A stretch of DNA of 63,931 nt, counting the filler, from Octopus bimaculoides (lineage: Eukaryota): NCBI RefSeq assembly GCF_001194135.2. It is 7 parts of 6 records of this genome, joined end to end, with 100 filler letters (N's around TTAATTAATTAA, not from the genome) between each part and the next. Parts side by side here need not be neighbours in the genome. Positions count along the whole stretch, not along the records: positions 1 to 17,412 come from NC_068983.1; positions 17,513 to 30,782 come from NC_068997.1; 5 more parts are not named here. One strand, 5' to 3'. The notes beneath the pieces are model-generated. The model did no database searches. It saw only the letters and a program-made list of their open reading frames with translations, and was not told where the DNA came from. A program made the translations under genes and the position numbers. The stretch's first letter is position 1; every line of letters begins with the position of its first letter. This document shows positions 12,515 through 25,944 of the stretch, one piece after another.

Positions 12515-13210
12515 AGACTTGATATAATAATACGGTGTATACTTTCAGTGCTGATATCAGAATGGAGTTAGAACTGAGAAAGTGTAGTGTGTTAGTATTG
12601 AACAGAGGCAAAATCAAATGTATAGACGGGCTAGGGATACCGTCGGTGGAGGTTGTAAAGCAAGTAGAAGAGACGGGTTCTAAGTACTTGGGAATATTGG
12701 AACTGGATAAATTGATGGAGAAAGAAATGACAGAAAAATTTAAGGTAGAGTACTTGCGCAGACTGAGACTGATCCGCAAATCGAAATTAAACGGACGGAA
12801 TAAGATTGAGTTTATCAACACCTGGGCGGTTTCACTAATTAGTCATGGAGCAGGGGTAATCGCATGGATAGTAGACAATGATTAGACAGAAAGGCAAGGA
12901 AGTTGCTGACTCAATAAGGGATACTCCACCCAAAAAGTGACACAGACAGACTGTATGCACCAAGAAAACGAAGGGGAAAAGGACTGATTGGATGCGAACA
13001 CAGCATTAGAGCAGAAAAAAACAACAACATGGTATGCAAAAAATGCCACAGAACCGCTATTATTGGAAGTAAGAAGGTCAGGCTTGTGTAGGATGGAAGA
13101 TTTCAAAGATAAAGCACTGTACAAGGACATGAGAATGAATGAAACTGAAAATAGGTGGATATAGAAAAGAATGCATGGACAATTTCATAGGGTTGTTGAA
13201 GATAACAGAC
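12515..13210 (+). mobile_element. Second, distinct R4/Dong-type LINE remnant (RT C-terminal half)
   Basis: FSADIRMELELRKCSVLVLNRGK..KYLGILE..EYLRRLRLIRKSKLNGRNKIEFINTWAVS..LHPKSDTDRLY..MHGQF. Confidence 0.85.
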
Positions 13211-14721
13211 AGACTAAAATTCCTCTGAGAATCAAGCAAATACAACTACCGATGCCGATCTGTAGAATATACACATTGTAAAGTATATATTAGGAGCAAC
13301 ACTTATTTACTCCAAATTATCTCAGGTTTGGTATTATTTTCTTGTTCAATTCTGTATATTTTATGAAATGTGGACAACAGAGCAGAATTAGAAAGTATAA
13401 ACGCTTCAAATGTTGAACTAATTGCATCACTGACAGAGTCTCGAAACGTCAGTCAGTTTTTAATAGTCTAGGCATCTTACTGAATTGTACTCAGCAACAT
13501 ACAGGAGATTTTAAAACAGAGCGTACATTATTGTAAAACACAATTTTGTCATGCAGAATCGTCGCTACCAAATAAACCTCGTCCTCCCACTCTTTCTCAC
13601 TCACTAGACACATACACATACACGCACACAGACACATACGGAGACAGACGCACACAAACACACACACACATACAAACACGCGCGCGTGCGTAAACACTCA
13701 CATAATTGTTGTGTAATCATTATAAACCATATCCAAGGAAATTACGATCTCAATTGATAACATAGCCTTAAACTCCAATACTTATCACAATACATAAATC
13801 CACTACAAAGAAACTTAATTACACGAATGATAATATTTATACTATCGAGACAACTTTTTAAGCAGATTAAATTATAATTTATGCATATGAAGGTTATGTT
13901 ATCTTGCTTATATATGTCAATATATTATGCATATTCACAGACCTATACAAACGTGCATACACATGGACACACACATATACATGCACATCTGTCTATTAGA
14001 GCAAATGTTAAATGAATGAATCTTACTGTAAAATAACTTTTATGATGAAAGAACACCAAACTCGGTTTTTAAGGATTCTACGAAAAATATATGCATTTGA
14101 TTTAATAATTCATGTGTCAGTTGGTCAGCATTTCACTATCAAACTACCCATAGATTAATCAACTTAAGCAATCATTAGTAATTTGATGTCAAAAAAATAC
14201 AAAAATAACCGAATTATCGCTTCAGGTGTAAAGGGAAACAGCGTCGACGATAAATTGGATCAACGTTTCATTGTTACTTGACTGACTTACATAATTGCCA
14301 GAGCTGACATGATGGAGAATACATGACTTTCTGGCAACATATGGGTTGATTTAAAAATATATTGATTCTATTAAAAATTTCCATTCAACTCGAGTTAGAG
14401 CGATAATAGGAAAATAAGCGAAATTTGATCAAATTCTTTAATGTGATTGGTGCTAATTTTGCCTAATTTACTTTCGTCATTATTAGTTCAGCTACCTTCA
14501 TACCACCTGACAGAATATGTGAACACAAAGAAAAAGCCAACAAAAAATATTGAAGAAGTAATTCTCATTTCAACTAAATTAAAGTAAAACCACTGATTCT
14601 ATTCTCAATCTTGCTGCATCGTCACCATTGTTTCTGAAGGCACCGAACAGAATGCACACATATACACATACAGCCAGACACTCACTATCATACACAGGCA
14701 TGTATGCACATGCATATGCCA

Positions 14722-14792
14722 TCCTCATTAGTATAGTGGTAAGTATCCCCGTGTGCACGCGGGAGACCGGAATTCGATTCCACAACGGGGAG
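14722..14792 (+). pseudogene. tRNA-Asp(GTC)-derived pseudogene
   Basis: TCCTCATTAGTATAGTGGTAAGTATCCCCGTGTGCACGCGGGAGACCGGAATTCGATTCCACAACGGGGAG closely follows canonical eukaryotic tRNA-Asp. The anticodon loop has a 1-nt deletion plus substitutions and the T-stem is broken. Confidence 0.85.
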
Positions 14793-15260
14793 GCGCGTAA
14801 ATTGTCAATAGGCAGAGAAATAACTGAACAAGTAAAAGTATAAAATAAAAGAGTATATATGTATANNNNNNNNNNNNNNNNNNNNNNNNNNNNNNNNNNN
14901 NNNNNNNNNNNNNNNNNNNNNNNNNNNNNNNNNNNNNNNNNNNNNNNNNNNNNNNNNNNNNNNNNNNNNNNNNNNNNNNNNNNNNNNNNNNNNNNNNNNN
15001 NNNNNNNNNNNNNNNNNNNNNNNNNNNNNNNNNNNNNNNNNNNNNNNNNNNNNNNNNNNNNNNNNNNNNNNNNNNNNNNNNNNNNNNNNNNNNNNNNNNN
15101 NNNNNNNNNNNNNNNNNNNNNNNNNNNNNNNNNNNNNNNNNNNNNNNNNNNNNNNNNNNNNNNNNNNNNNNNNNNNNNNNNNNNNNNNNNNNNNNNNNNN
15201 NNNNNNNNNNNNNNNNNNNNNNNNNNNNNNNNNNNNNNNNNATATATATATATAAATAGA

Positions 15261-15270
15261 TATATAGATG

Positions 15271-15340
<70 letters not shown>
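15261..15340 (+). repeat. (GATA)n microsatellite
   Basis: Directly visible. Confidence 0.95.
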
Positions 15341-15341
<1 letters not shown>

Positions 15342-16944
15342 TCAGGTGAATATGGTACTTAAGTTGCAGCACCAGAATTTAGTACGGCATTATCCATACA
15401 ATTTCAAAGTAAGGCGATTAAAGTCAAAATAAGCAACAAGGATATCCAGAGATAATGTAGTGCGATCGTTTCATGCAACTCCATTTAATTGAACAATGTA
15501 ATCATTACATCAATCTAAAGTACAGAGCAATCCCCAGGTGCACAAAGACAGAATTTACTTAAATTAGAACACAGGGACACAGTCAAAATTTTGGATAATT
15601 CTTTATTAACGCTTTTGTTCGTTTATCGAGGTTCGTAAAAACAAAATCAACATCAAAATGATAAAAACAAAACGTTTCCTTGTTCATTTATATGAATCGG
15701 ATGTTTTTTGCTTTGTTTAGAAGAGGAGAAAAATGTTTTTGCTATTTTTGGGGAATGTTCATCATATTCAATAGATTTAATAACATAACTGTTTTGATGA
15801 AGAGGTGAAGTAGTTTCTGATCGTGAAAATGTATCACGACACACAAATGTTAGTGTCTTACGTAAGGCTGATGCCGGCTCGACACTGCGTTTCTCGCATG
15901 TCTGTTGATCACATAGAAACTGCAACATAATATCTATAGGTCTCTATGCTGTTACTTGGTCCGTTAGAGACAGCAGCACAATCCACCTCAAAGCACAAGC
16001 TACCGTGTTAGGAAGAGAAATGTTGTATAATGTAGCTTAGGGTTCACTGAATATACGAAAGGATAGAATGGGCACGGCTGGAATGACTTTAATGACAACT
16101 GGATCTGGGCTAACCTTGGTTTAAAAAACGGCAGCAGCCATGATTACGACAATAGCGAGAGTGCTGATATCTTTGAATTATTGGTTAGAAATAAGGAACT
16201 TGCTTAATAATAAAGAGTACAAGAGTGACACCTAGGGAGTATAAAAATATCTAGATTCGACATTTAATACTTAAATAAGGAAAGCAACAAAATGAAATGT
16301 ACTTAGTGCATACGATATGATCATGCACCACTACGATAACGACGGCAACCACCAACAGCAACAATAACAGCACATAAATCCAACACAAACCAAACATACA
16401 CGAAATTCCAGTGAGTTATTGTAATGTTAGAATAGAAATCAATATCATTTCTTGCAATTCACGAGATACACAGAAGAGGAGAACCACCGATTCTGTCTCA
16501 AAATAATCTCCTCTTGGAGATGTGATGGCGATGACAGCGGTGAACTCCTGCTAAACACGCCTTACCTTAGAGAAATAGCAAATTATATAATAACAATATA
16601 TTACAATTATTCTTAACAAGATTAGTAATTGAATAATAATGCTAATTAATTCCTCACCAACATTGAGAGAATCAGTTCCAATGGATTTAACTTTTGCAAG
16701 TATTTTCACCTGTGAAGTAAATCTGATTGAAATCTTGATGATGTTTATTAGTGAAGATAAAACTGTCTTGGAAGATAATGTCAGGCACGAATTCAAAGAT
16801 GAATTATTCACCTTTTCCCCATTCTAACTTATTAAATATCCTCGGGTATAAAGGAAGAAACAAGACATCATATGATTGATAGATTCCTGCTATTCAAATG
16901 ATGTCTGCGAGGAGAAAACATCACAATAATGATTCTAGGACATT

Positions 16945-17068
16945 TACCTCTACCCCCACCACAGACAATGACCCCACAAGGACAATCACCCCTGAGGACA
17001 ACAGATGATGATTTAAAACTTCTTAAAATTGTCCAAAGGTGGACAATTGTCCTTGGGGGTAATTGTCA
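16945..17068. mobile_element. Short MITE-like element with GGACAAT motifs
   Basis: Imperfect termini ggacatttacc / ggtaattgtc with internal ggacaa repeats. Confidence 0.3.
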
Positions 17069-17154
17069 TGAGACGCACAATAATATGGTAAACATTCAAG
17101 TTTATTTATATACACAAACACACACACAAAAGCATATTTATACCTAGACCAAAG

Positions 17155-17195
17155 AATCAATCAATCAGTCAATCAATCAATCAATCAATCAACCA

Positions 17196-17270
<75 letters not shown>
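17155..17270 (+). repeat. Compound (AATC)n-(TATC)n microsatellite
   Basis: Directly visible. Confidence 0.95.
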
Positions 17271-17456
17271 ATCATGGACGGACGGTAGACACATCGGCTC
17301 CCATGTAAGTTGCATTTTTCACCTCTTAAAAGACCTATTTTGTTTTAAAATTTTGTATAAGTTGTGTATAACACAAAATACTTCGTGAACATATATTTTT
17401 CAAATCGGAAATNNNNNNNNNNNNNNNNNNNNNNNNNNNNNNNNNNNNNNNNNNNN

Positions 17457-17468
17457 TTAATTAATTAA
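17457..17468. other. Assembly linker TTAATTAATTAA inside a 100-bp gap (also 30827, 39007, 48349, 58118, 62862)
   Basis: Identical 12-mer inside N-runs at six sites (44 N on each side where counted); it places stop codons in all six frames. Confidence 0.95.
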
Positions 17469-17815
17469 NNNNNNNNNNNNNNNNNNNNNNNNNNNNNNNN
17501 NNNNNNNNNNNNATATACATTCTATATATACGTAGATACATACATAACCACGTGTTATTATTTCAGGTTTGTACTTACTTTACTCACTAGACAGCGACCA
17601 TGCTGAAGCAGTCTTAAAACTTATCAACATAATATGATATATATAATATATCAATTTTGTGTGTCTGCATCATTTTATTCCGTTGTAAGAACTTACAAAA
17701 ATAAGCACAGATTTCTTTATAATAGTTTTGTGTATACGCATATAAACATTGACATGTCTAAATAAAAATAACCATACACACACACACACACACACATACA
17801 CACACACACACACAC

Positions 17816-17846
<31 letters not shown>

Positions 17847-18256
17847 TTTATATATACTTACGAAGCAGATGGGTGATTATTAATATATTTTCGCACATGT
17901 GTTGCGTGTACATGAAAATGTCCAGAATATATTTCCTAATATATTTGTGATTGAAGTAAGATGCGACAAATACATATTCTCACTGCAGATGAATTGACGC
18001 CATGCTAATATACACCTGGATAGTTGTATATAGAATGTCACATTCAGCAGTGTGACCAGAGACACTTATAACGTTATACAGGTAATAATATAGCCCACCA
18101 ACAATGATTTACCTGCAGCGTGTATGGTCTGAATTCCATAACCACAGGGCAGATTACTATACCTACTCATTATTCAATGTATGTATGAATGTATATGTGT
18201 GAATGTAAATGATCTTATGTGTATATGCGCATATGTGAAAGTATGCATACAAGCGC

Positions 18257-18333
<77 letters not shown>

Positions 18334-18742
18334 NNNNNNNNNNNNNNNNNNNNNNNNNNNNNNNNNNNNNNNNNNNNNNNNNNNNNNNNNNNNNNNNNNN
18401 NNNNNNNNNNNNNNNNNNNNNNNNNNNNNNNNNNNNNNNNNNNNNNNNNNNNNNNNNNNNNNNNNNNNNNNNNNNNNNNNNNNNNNNNNNNNNNNNNNNN
18501 NNNNNNNNNNNNNNNNNNNNNNNNNNNNNNNNNNNNNNNNNNNNNNNNNNNNNNNNNNNNNNNNNNNNNNNNNNNNNNNNNNNNNNNNNNNNNNNNNNNN
18601 NNNNNNNNNNNNNNNNNNNNNNNNNNNNNNNNNNNNNNNNNNNNNNNNNNNNNNNNNNNNNNNNNNNNNNNNNNNNNNNNNNNNNNNNNNNNNNNNNNNN
18701 NNNNNNNNNNNNNNNNNNNNNNNNNNNNNNNNNNNNNNNNNN

Positions 18743-18793
<51 letters not shown>

Positions 18794-19567
18794 ATGTTAT
18801 GTTATACATATATATAATAATATGTATAACATAATATATATATACACACACAGTCATATGCATACATGATTATAATCATACATCCAAACATATATATATA
18901 TACTTACCTACACACAGGTGCAGTCAGGCAGCAAGATATACTACGTGCACACAGTGCTTGCGTAAATACGCACACACATACACACACACGCACACACACG
19001 CACACACACACATTCACACTCACACACACATTCACACTCACACACACAAAAGCACACCACACATGCAGCTTCTTAGGGTGAGAACCTCACAGCCTCGCAT
19101 ACACGCATGCATTCATAGTTTCAGGTAGAGACAATGTGGGGGAAACGTGGACCGGTATTTAGATGAATGGATGGATATTAAAATACCAGTGTTTATATAA
19201 AGACAAAACGGTATAACTCCATTTATTCATTGTCGATATTATGGCAAACCTCTACGAGAGGAGTTTCAATACACACACACACACACGCACACACACACAC
19301 ACACATCTGTCGTAATTCTGGCTATAATTTCCAGTGGCAGTGATATGTGTATTAAACTCACAACCACAACAAATGTCTCCTGATCATCGCTTGTGCTGAG
19401 GGTCGATCTGTTTGTTATATTATAAAACCGTTATTTCCTCATAAAAAAACTAAACTGTTGAGCTCTGTTTCTACGTATATATTTTTCCAATAAACCTGCA
19501 ATGACGTTTACAAGCGAATTTCTAGAAAACTTTGATCCTGTGAATTTTATGTGCATTTTAATCTCTG

Positions 19568-19608
<41 letters not shown>

Positions 19609-19693
19609 ATATATATACATATATATATATAGATAGATAGAGATAGATAGATATATACATACATATAAATATATGTCCAAATTTATACGTAGT

Positions 19694-19728
<35 letters not shown>

Positions 19729-19759
19729 TTACACGCATACATGTATATTTTTACATACA

Positions 19760-19803
<44 letters not shown>

Positions 19804-20053
19804 TATATATATATATATATATATATCGTTTTTTAATTTGATTTACAAGGTTCTTCATGTGAATTCGTGTTCTTAGGCATATTTTATTCTGTGTGGAGAG
19901 AGTTATTCTGTTTTTGTGCCCTGTTATTTAATACACGCCATGATGCAACAAAAAGTTTTGAAAAAGTAAATAAATAAATGAGTGGCAATCGAACTGGTGT
20001 GTGTGTTAAGTAATAAGACACTAAAAGGGAATGACTCTCCCCGGACACAGTAA

Positions 20054-20121
<68 letters not shown>

Positions 20122-20416
20122 NNNNNNNNNNNNNNNNNNNNNNNNNNNNNNNNNNNNNNNNNNNNNNNNNNNNNNNNNNNNNNNNNNNNNNNNNNNNNNN
20201 NNNNNNNNNNNNNNNNNNNNNNNNNNNNNNNTATATAGAGAGAGAGAGAGAGAGAGTTATTAATATTTCTAAGTCTCTCTAAAGTCTCTCTAAAGGTTAT
20301 AAAGGACACAGGTTTCGTGTGTCACATAGCTAGCTAGAGGCGATGGCTTCTTGGAGCTAATTCACGGTAGCTTTCGTCCTAATTTTGCGACTGCCATGTT
20401 GGCTTGGCGATAACTA

Positions 20417-20454
<38 letters not shown>

Positions 20455-21549
20455 TGCATGTATGCATATATTTGTGCGTAAATATTTACGCACGCGGATG
20501 CGTGTCTGAGTCTATGTTATTCTTGGGAGTTCCTTCAAAATTCTATGTAGCAGACGACTAAAGAGGGTCACTAAGAAAGGCAAGACAGCCGATCAGTTAT
20601 TCCCTCGGCTGAAATGGTTGGTGTCTACAGCTGTATTTGTGGCTGCATATATATGTGCGTGTGCATAAAACTCCACATGGGCATTGTATATGCATGTCAT
20701 TTAGTACACACATGTGCGTAGGTTTCATTGCAGTGTATGTGTTCGTGTGTATTGTATGTGTTTGTGTGTGTGTGCGTGTGTGTGTGTTGGGTGTGTGTCT
20801 ACAATTAGATGCTATATATAAAATCNNNNNNNNNNNNNNNNNNNNNNNNNNNNNNNNNNNNNNNNNNNNNNNNNNNNNNNNNNNNNNNNNNNNNNNNNNN
20901 NNNNNNNNNNNNNNNNNNNNNNNNNTATATATATATATATATATGCATATAAATATATACATACAACATGTATATGTGTGTGTGTTAAATATTTGTATAC
21001 CACTATATATTTGTAATATATATTGCATATGTATATAGATATGCACACAAACACCTATATGTTTGTAAATATATGCATGTTTATATATTCATTATACTAT
21101 AGACATACACTCACACACACACACATGAATAAATGTAGCCATATATATTTATGAACATATGAAATATATATATATATACATATGTATACATAAATGTATA
21201 TACATTCATATACATATATATAGATATAGACATACAGCCTCTCACTCTCTGTCTCCACACACAAAACAATTTCCACGTACACCAACATGCACACAAACAC
21301 CCGCGTCATATACCCAACAGAACGCGCATATCCCCAATCTATCAAACACACCTGACATAATGAGTATGGCTTTGGATCATCATGTACATGTATGAATAGA
21401 TACGTACTTTCATACATGTGTGCGTATTGGTATGTCTGCACACATGTACATATAATGCAGTACATGTATGTAAATCTATATATTTCTCGATATTTTACAT
21501 ACTACATTTTGGTATATGCATATACATATGTATATACATATGTATATAC

Positions 21550-21580
<31 letters not shown>

Positions 21581-21761
21581 NNNNNNNNNNNNNNNNNNNN
21601 NNNNNNNNNNNNNNNNNNNNNNNNNNNNNNNNNNNNNNNNNNNNNNNNNNNNNNNNNNNNNNNNNNNNNNNNNNNNNNNNNNNNNNNNNNNNNNNNNNNN
21701 NNNNNNNNNNNNNNNNNNNNNNNNNNNNNNNNNNNNNNNNNNNNNNNNNNNNNNNNNNNNN

Positions 21762-21805
<44 letters not shown>

Positions 21806-23652
21806 CCAGAGTAGTTACATAAATGGGAAACAACGGGGCGAAAAATGGTACTCGAATACCATAGGTGGAGGAACATGCGTTATTAAATAGCAGTAAAAAT
21901 ATCACAAAATCGGTTACTAGGAATTCTGAACAAAACTGTCCGACGAACGGGACCGTGAAACTCTGAGTAACAGTTTTTGTGATATTTTTGCTGCTTTTTA
22001 CTAAAGTAATTAAAGTATCANNNNNNNNNNTATATATATATATATACTACATATCGATAAATTTGTTATTGTCCATATACGTAGATTTTGATTTACATAT
22101 ATTTATGTACACCTCAAACATATATACATATATATATGCATGTAGACGCACAGATTTACATTTACATATAAACACATTTAGTTATATATATATATATATA
22201 TATGATTGTGCTTATATATCTTACATAAACTTCAGTAAATGTATATATTTATACGCTCACATACACACATACACTCACCCCCGCCCCCACAAGATTGATT
22301 TGATTTGATCTAGTTTCAGCTAATGAGCTGGCCTTATATATACATAAAGATGTACATATACACATATATATCTTTTAGGTACCTATCCCTATATTTCTCT
22401 CCATGTATACATTGAAATTAGTCACCTACGTCATTTACAGTCTTAAATCTGTTCCGTCTTGGCCTAATCTGTAATATTAAATTGAAACTAAAGTGCATAA
22501 TTTAATATCCTATAATTACATTTTTACAGTTCCTTATCCGTCAGCGTATCCGCGTCAATCCTTCTTTTATAGTTCATATATTTTCTATAAAATTTAACTT
22601 CTTGTCCTATTAGATTTACCAAGATTTGAATTCTATCGCCATTGTGTGTTATATCACGTGATAATGTGACCGATCAGACTATCAGACATTGTTACACATC
22701 GCTGGTCAGAATGCGTTTTGCATTGTTTTAGCCTTGAAATTATGCCACTCTGTTGGCTTTGCAAGCAGCTGGCATTCCCGACTGATCTAAATGGGGAGTG
22801 AGTAATGTAAGTTGCTATATATTCTTTGTAGAAATACACACTTTTTATATTAGCTTATATTAGTTTCATGAAATGGTTTCTTGCGTAATATTATCTTGAA
22901 TTCTGATATCTTTCTAAATACTTGATCTCAGTTCAGATATTTGAAATTACATCCCTCTTATTATGCGAAGCTGGAAATTGTATTCGTAATGAAATTCTCA
23001 ACTACTCACTGTATATTTAATCTATACCAATTGCAAGTCATTCTGAGAAAGCTCGCAAATTCACGAATCTGATGAGACCCGTATATGTAGAAACTGCTAG
23101 CGTTCGATTGAGAAGCCCGTTAACTCACTTCATGAAGAATATCGTTTCGCTTGTATAGTTTTCTTTGCCCATATGTTAGACACGAAAGCAATTATTAATA
23201 GAAATACCACTTCCACACACATACAGACACTCACACACATTCTTATACACCTTTGCACACACACACACACACACACAAACACACAAAGACACACGCAAAC
23301 ACACAAAGACACACACAAACACACGCATACATAATTTACAATTGCTTGAATATTTCTGACCTGTTTATGCACCCTCTCCACTGGCGTCTACAAATTTCGG
23401 TTGGATGACAGAATACTGCTGGTGCGTTGCACATTTTGTTGTGGGTGTATATGTAACTCCAGCAAGTTTGTATAGCTTTGAAACATATTTGGAGATTCAA
23501 GGTTACAGTAAAATATACAGACCCTCTTACACAAAATGCTGACGAACATACTCAAAGACAGACAATCACACACGTTCACGCATATATAAGCACACATGGA
23601 CAGAGAAATGTATTCAAAATTATTCACATATACATATCCCGAGGGACTTTTA

Positions 23653-23775
23653 TCAGTTTCTGTCTACAAATCTGCTTCACAAGGCCTTGGTGGACCCGGA
23701 GGTATAGTAGAAGACACTTGCCCAAGTTGCCATGCAGTAGGACTTGAACCCGAAGCAATGTGGTTGGACTGTAAA
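23653..23775 (-). mobile_element. 5' fragment of CORE-like SINE
   Basis: Reverse complement contains ggttcaagtcc (B-box) and cttgggcaagtgtcttctactatacc (CORE-like), as in 59228-59610. Confidence 0.7.
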
Positions 23776-24608
23776 CTTATTTCAACAAACCTACATGTTC
23801 ACATATGTATATATATTTGTATATAAGTATATATNNNNNNNNNNNNNNNNNNNNNNNNNNNNNNNNNNNNNNNNNNNNNNNNNNNNNNNNNNNNNNNNNN
23901 NNNNNNNNNNNNATATATATATATATATACATATATATATATGTGTGTATGTATATAAGTAGATAGATAGATAGACACGTAGTTAGAAAGCTTGTATGCG
24001 TACGTATATGTATTGTGTATACGTCTGTATGTTTGTGTTGACATATACACACGTTCATATGTATGTGCGAGAGAAATAGATAGAGAGTGAGAGAAAGAGA
24101 GAGAGAGAAAGAAAGAATGAATGAAAGCAAGAGAAAGAGAGAGAGAGAAAGAAGGAGAATGCCCCCTCTTACATAAGTCAACTTAGAATATCCTCCTTCT
24201 AAACAGAAGACAACATAACATCACATCTTACACTGAAAACAGATCTCACCTGGAATAGCTGATAGCAACACACGAAAATTACATGTTGCATTAGTGGTCG
24301 ATAAATTAAACTGACATGACAGTATAATAAATGTATTATATCAATTCACCTGCTCAGAATATATTCGCAAACGTTGTAACATAGCGAGCATTGGTGAAAT
24401 AGAAATGCTTTTTATTTTTGACACTTGACAGTGCATCGTTTAATACTTGGCAAAATAGCTGAAAAAGTTAGATATCACAAGTTAATGTCAACATTACGAA
24501 AGGTATGTGGAATAATGTTACATTGTTCACCTTGTTCAGATAATAAACTCAACATTTAATAGGAAAGTTACAGGCAATACATGACGAATCAGACTTCAAA
24601 ATACTCAC

Positions 24609-24675
24609 ATATAGTCCGTGGGACATACTGAGCCAGCAGTCCAACATATCGTGTAATGATTTTATAATTTTCCAA
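24609..24675 (-). other. Candidate 67-nt minus-strand exon
   Basis: Acceptor ttgttaatag, donor GTGAGT; two open frames (LENYKIITRYVGLLAQYVPRTI, WKIIKSLHDMLDCWLSMSHGLY). Confidence 0.2.
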
Positions 24676-24920
24676 CTATTAACAACCATTTTCTTAATGT
24701 ATATTTTCAACATAAAAAAAAAAGTTACACTGTTTTCCGTTTGATTTGAACTCCAATCACCAGCAGATGACTTTTTCTTAGACAGAAGTGAAGTAAACTT
24801 CATTCAGAAATAAAAGTTCCAGGTTGTAATGAATTTTGTGATGAAGAATACACGAAGGGATAAGACACGTGACAATATCATTTTAAAAGAAGCAAATACA
24901 AATGTGGTTATGTCCAAGAT

Positions 24921-25058
24921 ATATTGGTTTCAAATTTTGGCACAAGGCCAGCAAGTTCGAAGGTGGCGTTAAGTTGGCTACATCGACCCCACGGCGCAAT
25001 TTGAACTCAGAACGTAAAGACGGTCGAAATGCCGCTAAGCATTTTCCCGACGTGCTAA
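24921..25058 (-). mobile_element. SINE family B copy, internally deleted
   Basis: Reverse complement ttagcacgtcgggaaaatgcttagcggcatttcg..gagttcaaatt..ggggtcgatg..ggccttgtgccaaaatttgaaac. Confidence 0.75.
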
Positions 25059-25280
25059 GACAGGAAACAACTTCAATAATCATTATTCATGAGAGAGAAC
25101 ACAAGAGATTAGTTCTTTTTGTACATGGTATATAGTAATGGAAGTTGAAACGAACGTTAACAACAAACAGACTCATCCACAACACAAGACAAACTGTTTG
25201 CATACTTTTGTTAAGAAGAATTCGTGTACTGAAATAATTTAAATTCAATCATCATGTAAAGTGTTTTTTTTTCTTTGCAG

Positions 25281-25318
25281 ATCACTGGCTGTTTATCGAA
25301 TGAAGCAAGGTTTTGCAG
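25281..25318 (+). other. Candidate 38-nt internal exon of an unidentified host transcript
   Basis: Acceptor ttttttttttctttgcag and donor AG|gtaagc. Two frames are open (ITGCLSNEARFC, SLAVYRMKQGFA). No homology recognised. Confidence 0.45.
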
Positions 25319-25453
25319 GTAAGCAGGGGGTTTATGTGAAACGCATGTATATGTGCATTCATGCACATGAATATGTAGATAACAACATTTATAGATAAAT
25401 ATCTATACGCATTATTATAATGTCATTGCACTAGCTTCGTCAATGACGAATTG

Positions 25454-25650
25454 TTAGCACGCCGGACAAAATGATTGGCGACATTTCGTCCGTCTTTAAG
25501 TTCTGATTTCAAATTCTGCTGAGGTCGACTATACCTTTCATCCTTTCGAAGTTGATAAAGTAAGTACTAATTGAAAATTGGGGTCGATGTAATTGACTTA
25601 CCAACTTGCCCGAAATTGGTGGCCTTCTGCTAAAATATGAAACGAATATT
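25454..25650 (+). mobile_element. SINE family B copy
   Basis: ttagcacgccggacaaaatg..ttcaaattctgctgaggtcgactatacctttcatcctttcg..ggggtcgatgtaattgactt. Confidence 0.8.
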
Positions 25651-25866
25651 TGCATCATCTAAGGCAGAGAGCTGTAAGAATCGTTAGCACGTTGGGTGAA
25701 TTTGTAACATCTGGCCATGTTATGACAAGCTATGAACACCATGTCGCCTTACATTCTTATAGTAAGTAACATTAAGTACTTTCGTTTTCTAGATCTCTCT
25801 CTCTCTCTCTCTCCCTATCTCTCTCTCTCTCTCTCTCCCTATCTCTCTCTCTATCTATCTATGTAT

Positions 25867-25937
<71 letters not shown>

Positions 25938-25944
<7 letters not shown>

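Noticed and set aside
13430-13452. ctgacagagtctcgaaacgtc hammerhead-like motif
   Set aside because: The core deviates from CUGANGA and stem I does not form; at most a dead PLE-end relic.
23069-23100. CTGATGAG...GAAAC hammerhead-like motif
   Set aside because: Stem II cannot pair and there is no convincing stem III or cleavage triplet.
25281-25318. SLAVYRMKQGF resembling synaptogyrin LAYQRYK
   Set aside because: Too short, the splice phase differs from the vertebrate gene as I recall it, and no other synaptogyrin exons were found; no gene symbol assigned.
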